A DNA stretch of 15,163 nt, taken from IMG/VR virus record IMGVR_UViG_3300015156_000025, positions 1 through 15,163 of that record, one strand, 5' to 3'. Every line of letters begins with the position of its first letter. The first letter of the stretch is position 1. The translations under genes and the position numbers were made by a program. Source of the stretch: a virus. Lineage: Duplodnaviria > Heunggongvirae > Uroviricota > Caudoviricetes. Shown one piece after another: positions 1-7,924 of this stretch. The notes beneath the pieces are model-generated. The model did no database searches. It was not told the origin of the DNA and was given only the letters and a program-made list of their open reading frames with translations.

Positions 1-7
1 ACTCAAC

Positions 8-39
<32 letters not shown>

Positions 40-42
40 ATA

Positions 43-118
<76 letters not shown>

Positions 119-359
119 ATTGGTTCTTCAGGGGAGCGATATCACCGAGCAAAGAAGAGTTCCTCCCCCCCCCTCAGAACCGTTTTCGATGATACGATTT
201 AATATTCCAATCGCAACAACACTTTACGTCAAGTTATGTAAATTTATTTATGTGTTTTTATTTTATGCAAACATTTAACTTTCACTTAAAATATACACAA
301 CAATATATAAACAAATTTATTTTGAAGGCAATTATTAAATGTCGTTTCTTATATCACAC

Positions 360-393
360 CATAGAAACAACAAAACCCGCTCAATGGCGGGTT
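360..393 (-). terminator. Rho-independent terminator about 100 nt downstream of the Q-like gene (tR'-like position)
   Basis: On the minus strand, stem AACCCGC, loop CATTGA, stem GCGGGTT (374..393) followed by TTTGTTGTTTC. The plus-strand orientation has no T-run. Confidence 0.6.
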
Positions 394-488
394 CTGGTAA
401 AGTTCATGCGCTTGATTCGCCTCGCGATACAGCTTTGCGAAGCATAGCTGAATTGAAGCAGTTTATTGGCAAAAATGCAATAACTTTT

Positions 489-1031
489 TTATTGGCTTTC
501 TCCGCATAACGCTAATTTCATTGGTATATACAGAATGTGTTCAGCAACACCCAACCATGCATCAATGCGATTTCTGCAAGTTTTCAAGCTCCAGCCAGGG
601 CGATACTTATTTAACTGTTGTGCCATTTTCAGCTTACTCATCCCCCGCCCTTCATATCTTTGTCGGAGGATAAAAATCAATCCTGGGTGTTCTGCCAGCA
701 CTTCACTAATCACACGATCAATGCATAACGCCTCTGCATCATTACAATGCACCAGCCAGCTTTTTTGCTTACCGTTGATCATATCCCGCAAAAAAGCCTC
801 AAGTTCAGGTTTGTCCAGACCTGCTTTTTTCATCCTCCGGAGCGCCTCGTTAATTGCCGTTTTTGTCAGCTTTTTAGAGGTCAGCAACTGGTTGAACATA
901 TTTCCCGTCTTACCGCCGCCAATATACGACCAGCGCCCCCACATGCGCAGTTTGCCCTGAATCCAGACACTTTCCAGCGTGGCGAGACGAAGGTGTTCTC
1001 CGCTTTTTCCTGTATTCGTTGGGTAAATCAC
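489..1031 (-). CDS. Q-family late-gene antiterminator (phage 82/21 QuuD-like class), probable GTG start
   Basis: Supplied ORF 489..1151 contains the motif IQGKLRMWGRW and a later cysteine/acidic segment HCNDAEALCID, which parallel what I recall of DLP12 QuuD (IQMVLERWGAWA; CCDDDAMIICG). A GTG at 1029..1031 overlaps the TGA of the upstream gene and is preceded by AGGAGG. The ATG at 1151 would overlap the upstream gene by 124 nt in another frame. Confidence 0.65.
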   Translation of the reverse strand: MIYPTNTGKSGEHLRLATLESVWIQGKLRMWGRWSYIGGGKTGNMFNQLLTSKKLTKTAINEALRRMKKAGLDKPELEAFLRDMINGKQKSWLVHCNDAEALCIDRVISEVLAEHPGLIFILRQRYEGRGMSKLKMAQQLNKYRPGWSLKTCRNRIDAWLGVAEHILYIPMKLALCGESQ

Positions 1032-1318
1032 AAATATCCCTCCTTTCTCCAGATTTCTTGTGTGCGAAAAACACCTTCTGCATGCATCAGGCGCAATTCT
1101 TCTTTGGTGTAATCGCTGGTTTTTACCCGCCCGTCGATTAAATCGTGGCATGAGCTACAGGCAATTGCCGCCTGCATATCGTGTGGTTTTGTCGCTGTTC
1201 CACACGTCCCCGCCAGCCTGTAATGCGCCAGCACAGAAGTTTCGGGATTGTGATTGCAGTAGCCAGGAATTCTGACGGTGCACATCTGCCCCCGCGCCGC
1301 TTTACGTAAATCCACCAT
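1028..1318 (-). CDS. ybcO: YbcO-like protein (DUF1364, putative nuclease of lambdoid nin regions)
   Basis: 96-aa ORF; MVDLRKAARGQMCTVRIPGYCNHNPETSVLAH...IACSSCHD matches what I recall of DLP12 YbcO (ADLRKAARG..C.VRIPG.CN.NPETSVLAH..IACS.CHD). Its ATG overlaps the upstream stop (TAATG). Confidence 0.8.
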   Translation of the reverse strand: MVDLRKAARGQMCTVRIPGYCNHNPETSVLAHYRLAGTCGTATKPHDMQAAIACSSCHDLIDGRVKTSDYTKEELRLMHAEGVFRTQEIWRKEGYL

Positions 1319-1917
1319 TACGCAAACTCCAGTAACTGCGCGGCCACATTTTCGACTTCCTCCGGAGAGGAAAATTTACGGAACAGGATCCAGTTCCACA
1401 GCACATTCAGTACAGATTTATAAACCTGCTGAAACTCGGTTTCGTCCATGTTCGCAAATGCGATAGATTTTGCCCTGGGCCCACGACTACCATCAGGATA
1501 AATATGCTCGGTGTAAAATCCGGCCTGAATGGTTACCCACTCGCGGAAAGCGTCAAACGACTTTAGCAATGCCGCATCCCGGGTTCTGCATGTCGCAACT
1601 GTATTAAGGTATTGCTCTGTGGCATCACTCAGGGCTGGAGTGTGTTCCCGACCAACTGATTCGCACAGATACTCAACGAAACCGGACAGCAGTTCTCGTT
1701 CGCGAGGCGTGATCGCCCCACCGACCGGAGTCCAGTAATCGAATCCCAGTTGCAGGAGTTTGAAAAAACGCTTGTGGAATGCGTAGTTACGAACGCGCTT
1801 AAAATCAGCGTGTATCCACTCGCCTATTTTGATTTGATGCAGAAAATCACAACTCTCCGGCGTCGCCGGGAGAAGTAAACCAGAAGAAGTTTGTTTGACC
1901 AGTTGTATATGCGCCAT
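1318..1917 (-). CDS. Phage nin-region protein of unknown function (DUF1367-like, by recollection only)
   Basis: Long ORF with no stops; ATG at 1915..1917 preceded by GGAG. The supplied 1929 start is a TTG. Position between the small acidic ORF and the ybcO-like gene mirrors the K-12 Qin hokD-rem-ydfU-quuQ arrangement. Confidence 0.6.
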   Translation of the reverse strand: MAHIQLVKQTSSGLLLPATPESCDFLHQIKIGEWIHADFKRVRNYAFHKRFFKLLQLGFDYWTPVGGAITPRERELLSGFVEYLCESVGREHTPALSDATEQYLNTVATCRTRDAALLKSFDAFREWVTIQAGFYTEHIYPDGSRGPRAKSIAFANMDETEFQQVYKSVLNVLWNWILFRKFSSPEEVENVAAQLLEFA

Positions 1918-1976
1918 TGCTATCTCCAATGGCGCTGTAGGTTGCCAGTTGTTCAGGCTGGCTTACGAATTATAAC

Positions 1977-2150
1977 TCATTCCCGAACCACCTTGAAACC
2001 GAGCCTTTCCAGGTATTCAATGAATGCCTCGATAGATAAAATCACATGATCATCAGGAATTAACGTTGTGTAGATAACGTCTCCATTCTCAACGCGCACA
2101 GCATAGAGGCCATTTTCACTAAAAATTTCACGCAATTCTTCGATTTTCAT
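1977..2150 (-). CDS. Small acidic hypothetical protein (57 aa), not in the supplied ORF track
   Basis: Hand translation of the minus strand from the ATG at 2148..2150: MKIEELREIFSENGLYAVRVENGDVIYTTLIPDDHVILSIEAFIEYLERLGFKVVRE, ending at a TGA (1977..1979). GGAAGGA lies 8 nt upstream. Confidence 0.45.
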   Translation of the reverse strand: MKIEELREIFSENGLYAVRVENGDVIYTTLIPDDHVILSIEAFIEYLERLGFKVVRE

Positions 2151-2302
2151 CAACAGAATCCTTCCAGATAAATAGCACTCCCCTGTTCGGGGTCCATCCC
2201 TCTTCTCCCTGCGCGCTAATTAAGTGAATCGATTCTAGTCAGGCATACCAGCTAATCAACAAACCCTGGTCGGTTAAATAGAAGGATTGGCTAAAATTTC
2301 CC

Positions 2303-2333
2303 CATTAAAATAAAAAACCCGCCGAAGCGGGTT
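2303..2333 (-). terminator. Rho-independent terminator downstream of the hok-like gene
   Basis: On the minus strand, 7-bp stem AACCCGC/GCGGGTT with a UUCG tetraloop (2316..2333), followed by TTTTTTATTTTAATGGG. Confidence 0.75.
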
Positions 2334-2373
2334 ACGTGCGGGTGCGTTGAGGATGCCTGCCACATAAGAGGTG

Positions 2374-2393
2374 GCGAGGGATTTCTCCCTCGC
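2374..2393 (-). other. Perfect 8-bp stem-loop just 3' of the hok-like stop (possible mRNA 3' fold-back or stability element)
   Basis: GCGAGGGA tttc TCCCTCGC, 8 nt downstream of the stop; no T-run follows. Confidence 0.5.
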
Positions 2394-2401
2394 CTGGTCT
2401 C

Positions 2402-2557
2402 TTACTCCTCAGGTTCGTAAGCTGTGAAGACAGCGACCTCCGTCTGGCCGGTTCGGATTCGTACCTCGCAGAGGTCTTTCCTCGTTACCAGTGCCGTCAC
2501 TATGACGGTTAAACAGATGACGATAAGGGCGATTAACATCGCCTTTTGCTGCTTCAT
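2402..2557 (-). CDS. hokD: Hok/Gef-family membrane toxin, hokD (relF)-like, 51 aa
   Basis: MKQQKAMLIALIVICLTVIVTALVTRKDLCEVRIRTGQTEVAVFTAYEPEE has the Hok hydrophobic helix and the conserved C-E-V/I-R core. ATG at 2555..2557 is preceded by AAGGAG at 9-nt spacing. The supplied 70-aa ORF is an in-frame upstream extension. Confidence 0.85.
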   Translation of the reverse strand: MKQQKAMLIALIVICLTVIVTALVTRKDLCEVRIRTGQTEVAVFTAYEPEE

Positions 2558-2910
2558 AGCCTGCTTCTCCTTGCCTTTCGGCACGTAAGAGGCTAACCTA
2601 CATGTGTTCAGCATGGATTGAGCCTCAGATTAATGTTAAGCGTCTTGCAGGACGCGTAATGTTAACTGGGGCTTTTCTCTATCTGCCTTTTGGTGTTCAT
2701 GCCTGAGACAGATAGCCTCAAGCACCCGCAGCAATTCTACTTATGACGCAATTTAATGACAACAACTCTACAGCGGTAGTGTGTTTAACTATTGACATTG
2801 ATTAACTCATTATTCAAAATTTTTGCGTACGCATTAATGATTTTGTGTCGTTGTTGTGATGGTAAAAAAATCACAAACGATCTAACAATAACATAGGTGA
2901 TATTTTCAAT

Positions 2911-4053
2911 ATGGAAATTAAGCAAGTTATCGTTCATGAACTAATTAAAGAAGCAAAAAAGGATTTTGATTTTTCTAAGCCGTATCAGCTTAGATCCACT
3001 CCTCTCGATAAAACCAATCCAATTGTTATAAAACTTATTCAAGACATTTCATCTTTATATGGAACCAAAGGCAATTCTGCACATTATGGCGTTTTTAAAG
3101 AGGAGAAAACAGAACAAGGGCCTGTGCCATCAATATTTGAAGAGTATTCTCAGTCAGAGGATAACATTAATGAAAAGTTTGTGCCTTTTTCTATTGAAGT
3201 GATGAAGCAACTTGTAAAAAAAGCCAAAGAAGAACCTTGGTCATCTGGTGGTTTTATTGTGTTTTGTGACTATATTGTAAATAACAATAAATTCTTTTTA
3301 ATTGCAATGATTAAAAAGAAAAATGGTGTTACTATCAGCAACAAACTCGAACCTGAAGAAATGATCCATTTGGATCTATCCAAAATACACCAAGCAGCAA
3401 GAATAAATTTCAATCTCTACCAACAATATAAAACTGCTGATGAGTCTGAAAAAATTGACTTAAGTTATCTAAGTTTCGTAAGTAAAGGAGTGGGTCAATC
3501 CACATCAGCATATTTTATTGCAGCAATAGGATGCGACAAATCACTTGCAGCAGCAAAAGCCACAAAAAAACTACCAACTGTCGCAAAACAATTTTTTAAC
3601 CAAAAACCAGAACTTAAAGCATGTGCCAATAGATTTAAATATGACGTTATTGCATATTTAGACACACAAGCAGCTAAAAATTTGTCAGCCCGATTGAGTG
3701 ATATTGAAGTAATTGCAGCACGTCACATGACAAATTTAGATGAGTCTACCAAAGAATCTTACACTCACGAATTAATTCTTTTTTTAAATAGTGAAAATGT
3801 GAGAATTCCAACTGAATTTGTTATCAGTAAACGGGCGTTGAAAGACATTAAAAACATCACCTTTAAGACTGATGAGATTGGATTTAATTTTGACAAGTCT
3901 CTCCTTGGAGTGACAGCTGATGATGATGTGTGGTACGATGAAACAACTGGAAGATTATCATTTACAAACTTACCAGCTGAATTTAAGGCTAAACTAAGCG
4001 CTGTGGTAAAAGAAAATTTAAAACTAAGGGATAGTGGAAAAGAAAATGGCTAA
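2911..4053 (+). CDS. Divergent nucleoid-associated protein homologue (YejK/NdpA family), 380 aa
   Basis: Motifs in the supplied translation parallel what I recall of E. coli YejK: QVIVHELIK (QIALHQLIK), AHYGVFKEE (KAYGLFSEE), SGGFIVFCDY (DGGFVLFCHY), YLSFVSKGVGQ (YLTFLKGRVGR). AGGTGA lies 10 nt upstream of the ATG. Confidence 0.7.
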   Translation: MEIKQVIVHELIKEAKKDFDFSKPYQLRSTPLDKTNPIVIKLIQDISSLYGTKGNSAHYGVFKEEKTEQGPVPSIFEEYSQSEDNINEKFVPFSIEVMKQLVKKAKEEPWSSGGFIVFCDYIVNNNKFFLIAMIKKKNGVTISNKLEPEEMIHLDLSKIHQAARINFNLYQQYKTADESEKIDLSYLSFVSKGVGQSTSAYFIAAIGCDKSLAAAKATKKLPTVAKQFFNQKPELKACANRFKYDVIAYLDTQAAKNLSARLSDIEVIAARHMTNLDESTKESYTHELILFLNSENVRIPTEFVISKRALKDIKNITFKTDEIGFNFDKSLLGVTADDDVWYDETTGRLSFTNLPAEFKAKLSAVVKENLKLRDSGKENG

Positions 4054-5266
4054 TTTATCAACGGTTGTAGATTTTTATAGAGCATCATCGAAGCCCCAAT
4101 TCGACGGACGTTCTTTTTCTGCAACTGTTGAAATAAATAATAACAATCAACGTTTGGTAAACTTGTTAGTAAATTCACATAAAGCCTACGGTTATTTTGA
4201 AGATGTTGATATTAATAATGAGTTCATTGACGAAGACGATTTAAAATCACACCCAATTAAAATTGGAGATAAATTCTCATACACTTACATATCCCCTAAA
4301 AATGGAGCAGAACGTTTCTATAACTCAATTCAAGAGTTCCTTTGTATAAACTCACTCAAGAAAGGTGTAATTCCTAAAGAGTATTACATAATCGATGAGG
4401 ATTTTCATCCGTCTGATTCAAGTAAACCGGACGAAATTATAAAAATCGAGAAAATTTGTGCAATTATTTCTTCCCTGGCTGAGATTGCGCACTTTCACGA
4501 TACAAAATCGGAATCTTCAAATTATCGTTTAGTTTTCGTGAAAGATTCTGACGCAAAATCAACATCTATTATTTTAGAAACGTGCATTACACCTAAGATG
4601 CTCAATATAAATGACATTGATGATGCTATCATCAAGAGTCTTTTAGATGTAAAAAACGCCCAAATCCCCCATCAAGCAGAAAAAACAGGTATTTTCAGGA
4701 ATACCATAGTGGAGTTTATTCTCGATAACAAATATGATTTTGAAAACCTAATTTGCCATTGGGATAAATTTGTAAAGCTATTTGAAAATAATTTATCCAC
4801 GTATATGAGTGGTTTTTCATTCCATAAGGCACGAAAAGAAATTGCGAAGTCTGAAGCAGAGTTTGCTGAAAAAATCTCAAAACTTATTACTGATTTGACG
4901 ACAAAAGTATTATCAATCCCTGTGTCTTTACTGGCATCCTTCGGGATTATAAAACTAACATCAAGATCTGAAATGTTACTCGTTTTATTAGGTGTATTGT
5001 TAAGCTCACTTATTTTATATATGGTATTACTCAATCAGGATAAACAATTAAAACATATTTACCATGCTAAAGATATAGCATTTATGCCTTTTCTAAAAAA
5101 CAATGAAAATTATCCAGAAGACCTTAAGAAGGACATTAATGAGGCTTTATATGAACTATCAAAGAGCCAAACCAAATGTGATAATACAATAAAGTTATTT
5201 ATGTATTTGGCTTGGCTACCAAGTTCTATTGCAGCAGGAATATTTCTTGCGAAGATTTTTATTTAG
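4046..5266 (+). CDS. Hypothetical protein with large soluble N-terminal region and C-terminal 2-3 hydrophobic helices (candidate membrane effector)
   Basis: ATG at 4046 overlaps the upstream stop (ATGGCTAA); a GTG at 4034 is the alternative start. Hydrophobic runs VLSIPVSLLASFGIIKL, MLLVLLGVLLSSLILYMVLL and IKLFMYLAWLPSSIAAGIFLAKIFI lie in the last ~120 residues. I recognise no domain in the N-terminal part. Confidence 0.7.
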   Translation: MANLSTVVDFYRASSKPQFDGRSFSATVEINNNNQRLVNLLVNSHKAYGYFEDVDINNEFIDEDDLKSHPIKIGDKFSYTYISPKNGAERFYNSIQEFLCINSLKKGVIPKEYYIIDEDFHPSDSSKPDEIIKIEKICAIISSLAEIAHFHDTKSESSNYRLVFVKDSDAKSTSIILETCITPKMLNINDIDDAIIKSLLDVKNAQIPHQAEKTGIFRNTIVEFILDNKYDFENLICHWDKFVKLFENNLSTYMSGFSFHKARKEIAKSEAEFAEKISKLITDLTTKVLSIPVSLLASFGIIKLTSRSEMLLVLLGVLLSSLILYMVLLNQDKQLKHIYHAKDIAFMPFLKNNENYPEDLKKDINEALYELSKSQTKCDNTIKLFMYLAWLPSSIAAGIFLAKIFI

Positions 5267-5275
5267 CTCTAACAG

Positions 5276-5791
5276 TTAGAGCATTAATACTCCCTCCAAT
5301 ACTCCCATCACTGCTTGTATTTTTTTTCTAATAGTCCCATCCGCACATTTCTTTCTTTTTGCGATCTTTCTCAAAGAAACGCCTATTACAAAGTGGGCAA
5401 CAATTAACTCATATTCATCTATTTTATATTGTCTGAGTCTCAATATCCACTCATCAATCACTCGCCCTTCATCATCGCTGCTCTGGCGACGCAATTTTTT
5501 ACCATGAGGCACAACATCTTTATATTTATCAGCCACTTGCTGCCAGTTGATAGAACTATTTCCAGCTACAGCCCAAGCTCCCCAACAGTCCAAAATATCA
5601 TATATATTAGCATTGCTATCCACCTGTTTTTTATATTCTTTTTTGAAGCGAGCAAGAAGCATCCTGGCCATCGTTATTATTTCTATACTTGTAACTGATT
5701 CATAAGCATCAGGAGAAATAATCCTCCCATCACTTAATGCCCTTTCACTAAGATTTGCTATTTCCAATAATCGTTCTTTAGTTATTTCCAT
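5276..5791 (-). CDS. Second Q-family antiterminator paralogue with about 60-aa N-terminal extension
   Basis: IYDILDCWGAWAVAG and C-terminal CADGTIRKKIQAVMGVLEGVLML parallel what I recall of QuuD (ERWGAWA...CCSDGYIGKRLQKAEGIIEGMLMAL). ATG at 5789..5791 has GGTGGAG 6 nt upstream; the supplied 5803 start is a GTG. Confidence 0.6.
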   Translation of the reverse strand: MEITKERLLEIANLSERALSDGRIISPDAYESVTSIEIITMARMLLARFKKEYKKQVDSNANIYDILDCWGAWAVAGNSSINWQQVADKYKDVVPHGKKLRRQSSDDEGRVIDEWILRLRQYKIDEYELIVAHFVIGVSLRKIAKRKKCADGTIRKKIQAVMGVLEGVLML

Positions 5792-5951
5792 TATTATCTC
5801 CACCGCCCTTTCGGGCAGCCTCCTGATGATTTGAGGGTGCAGGAATTCCTCCGGTTAAGGACTCTATTTTATTCACAGTGCTGAATTTAATTATTCAGAT
5901 TTGGATTATGCTTTCTCTTTCACTTCACCAAGTTCCGATTGTTAATTTGGC

Positions 5952-6374
5952 TCACAACATCACCTTCTGAAAATTACCCTGATAGAACGCCAGCACACGC
6001 TGCATAACCTTGCTTTTCCGGCACTCGCGACAGATTATGTTCTGGCTCCTGTCGTAGCGGCGTATTTCTCCGCCTGGTAATGACCAGATAAGGTCCGGAT
6101 CAACCACAGATAGTTTCTTCACCTTTGCCCTAGATAGTTTTTTGCGGGCATTTTGCCAATCCTTACGAGCCTGTTCAGACGGGAATAACCCGTAACCAGA
6201 GTTGTATACATCGCCACTGGCAACCAGCTCTCTGGCGAGAACGCTCATCAGATATCTTGTCGCACCTGTCTTGGCTTCCAGTTGCCGTAACGTCTCGCGC
6301 CCACTCCGGCGTACTAGCTCAACAACCTGCCCTTTAATTTTTTCCCGCTCTTCTTGTGTAAATACTTTTGCCAT
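5952..6374 (-). CDS. Hypothetical phage protein with probable winged-helix region
   Basis: ORF with ATG at 6372..6374 preceded by GGAGG (supplied 6389 start is a TTG). Helix-turn-helix-like stretch TLRQLEAKTGATRYLMSVLARELV. Its stop abuts the upstream gene. Confidence 0.55.
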   Translation of the reverse strand: MAKVFTQEEREKIKGQVVELVRRSGRETLRQLEAKTGATRYLMSVLARELVASGDVYNSGYGLFPSEQARKDWQNARKKLSRAKVKKLSVVDPDLIWSLPGGEIRRYDRSQNIICRECRKSKVMQRVLAFYQGNFQKVML

Positions 6375-6389
6375 AAGCGCCTCCGGCAA

Positions 6390-7151
6390 TCACTTTTCCG
6401 ATACAACACGGCGGGAAGAATCAGTAATCTGTCGAACAATATCCCGGTGCTTGTTCAGCTCCCGCAGCGCGGCGCAGACTCGCTCCCACTTCTGGACATG
6501 ATTTTTCGCCCGACGCAGTTCGCGGTTTGCCATATGCAGCGATGGCAAAATCAGGTCATCAGCTCGCGTTTCAGTAAACGATGGCAGCGACTGCACAATG
6601 TCCGCCACAGTCTCTGTTTTAATATCTTCCTGTGTTGCAGCTTCCTGTACTGGTAACGCAACGCATGCAGGCTGAGGAAAGGCTTTACCATCAGTTTCCG
6701 CTACCGATGCTGCTTTCGGCTCTGCTGGTAAATTATCGCCCGGCATACAGTAACGAAATTTACCGTCCTGATTAGCACGAATCAGACGGCCTTTGCTGAT
6801 TGCCATTGCCAGCGTTGAAGCCACTTTGCGGGATGTTGTACCGAACAGCGTAGCCAGTTCATCCGCCGTTTGTGGTCCGCGTTGTTCAATCGTCGCGGTT
6901 AAATCGCACTCTGAGATTTTCGCTACTGTCGCCGTGGTGGTTTCTTCCGGCTGTTCTTCTGGCGCTGGCTGTTCCTGCTGAACGTTGTTATCAACCACAC
7001 GCCAGGTGTATACGCTTTTATCAACGAAGCCAGCCTTTTTCAGTTCCCACAGCTCGTTCAGTACTTCTTCACGACTGATATCAAGTCGCGCAGCCAGCTC
7101 TACCGACGTGGCTTTTCCCATCGCTTTCAGTGCGTCAAAAACAGTCTCCAT
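6390..7151 (-). CDS. Hypothetical phage DNA-binding protein (two winged-helix-like regions)
   Basis: 253-aa ORF; [30 protein letters not shown] and [33 protein letters not shown] both look like wHTH motifs. It lies between the DnaC-like gene and the nin-like genes. Confidence 0.55.
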   Translation of the reverse strand: METVFDALKAMGKATSVELAARLDISREEVLNELWELKKAGFVDKSVYTWRVVDNNVQQEQPAPEEQPEETTTATVAKISECDLTATIEQRGPQTADELATLFGTTSRKVASTLAMAISKGRLIRANQDGKFRYCMPGDNLPAEPKAASVAETDGKAFPQPACVALPVQEAATQEDIKTETVADIVQSLPSFTETRADDLILPSLHMANRELRRAKNHVQKWERVCAALRELNKHRDIVRQITDSSRRVVSEK

Positions 7152-7171
7152 AAATTTCCTCCCGGTAAAAA

Positions 7172-7918
7172 TTACTTTTCAATACCTGGCTGACCAACAT
7201 TCGGGCGCCAGCTCTCCCAGTTAAAATTCACCCAGCGCCCGCCGTTCATGGTCATGCGATCCATAATCCGCTCGCCGAGCAATGTTTTCATGGCCTCATA
7301 GTTCAGGTTTGTCAGCATTCCCACGCTACGCATCGACGCTGTCCGTCGATCAATAATCTGGTGCAGTACCACCTGCTCGTTTTTCGTCTCGCGCTGAATG
7401 CCAATTTCATCAAGAACCAGCAGATCCACTTCGCACAGTTCCCGCAAAAATTTTTCGCCTGACTGCCCGTCGTCATAGCTGGCGTGCAGGGCGCTCATAA
7501 CATCAGCCACGGTAACCACAATCACTGTCTGACCGTCTTTCAGCAGGCGATTCCCGATAGCTGCCGCTAAGTGATTCTTCCCGGTACCAGGTTTTCCGCT
7601 GAACGCAAAATTTGTACACCCGGTCATCAGTTCATCGGCGATGGATTTCGCCTGGCTTAACGCGTATCGCTGGCCGTCGTTCTGCACCTGGTAATTCGCA
7701 AACGAGCATTTACGGTGCAACGGCTGGATGCCTGAGCGATTCAGAATTTTTTCCACCCGCAACTGACGATTCAGGCGGTTGATCTCCTCGCTACGTTTCT
7801 GGCCTTCAGCAAGTTGCCACTCGCGCCACTCCGCAACCGTTCTGAATGGGGCGGTTACATGTGGTGGGGCCAGTCTGCGGATACGCTCCAGAACGCCTCC
7901 TGTCGCAATATTTTTCAT
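7172..7918 (-). CDS. ydaV: DnaC/IstB-like replication ATPase (helicase loader), Rac YdaV-like
   Basis: Walker A motif [15 protein letters not shown] and Walker B LLVLDEIG; 248 aa, the size I recall for K-12 YdaV. Confidence 0.85.
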   Translation of the reverse strand: MKNIATGGVLERIRRLAPPHVTAPFRTVAEWREWQLAEGQKRSEEINRLNRQLRVEKILNRSGIQPLHRKCSFANYQVQNDGQRYALSQAKSIADELMTGCTNFAFSGKPGTGKNHLAAAIGNRLLKDGQTVIVVTVADVMSALHASYDDGQSGEKFLRELCEVDLLVLDEIGIQRETKNEQVVLHQIIDRRTASMRSVGMLTNLNYEAMKTLLGERIMDRMTMNGGRWVNFNWESWRPNVGQPGIEK

Positions 7919-7924
7919 GGTCTG

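Larger units (their letters stand above)
2615..5950. other. AT-rich accessory island (moron-like insertion) carrying three genes
   Basis: Base composition is markedly more AT-rich by eye than the flanking prophage genes (not computed). It sits where K-12 Qin has relBE upstream of hokD. Confidence 0.6.

Noticed and set aside
250-447. 65-aa plus-strand ORF in the AT-rich region downstream of the Q-like gene
   Set aside because: No ribosome-binding site, low-complexity AT-rich codons, and it overlaps the terminator hairpin; judged a chance ORF.
535-1275. Plus-strand ORFs 535..960, 747..1112 and 1060..1275 opposite the Q-like and ybcO-like genes
   Set aside because: They lie antisense within better-supported minus-strand genes and have no recognisable motifs.
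2558-2614. In-frame upstream extension of the hok-like ORF as the true start, or as a mok-like frame
   Set aside because: Hok proteins are about 50 aa and the internal ATG has a good AAGGAG site; mok frames in known hok loci overlap in a different frame.
2855-2875. CRP-like site TGTGA...TCACA upstream of the NdpA-like gene
   Set aside because: The spacer is 11 bp, not the 6 bp of the CRP consensus; kept only as a generic inverted repeat.
4672-5034. 120-aa minus-strand ORF inside the membrane-protein gene
   Set aside because: Antisense to a well-supported long ORF; AT-rich chance frame.
5429-5698. 89-aa plus-strand ORF opposite the island Q-like gene
   Set aside because: Antisense within the Q-like gene and no recognisable features.
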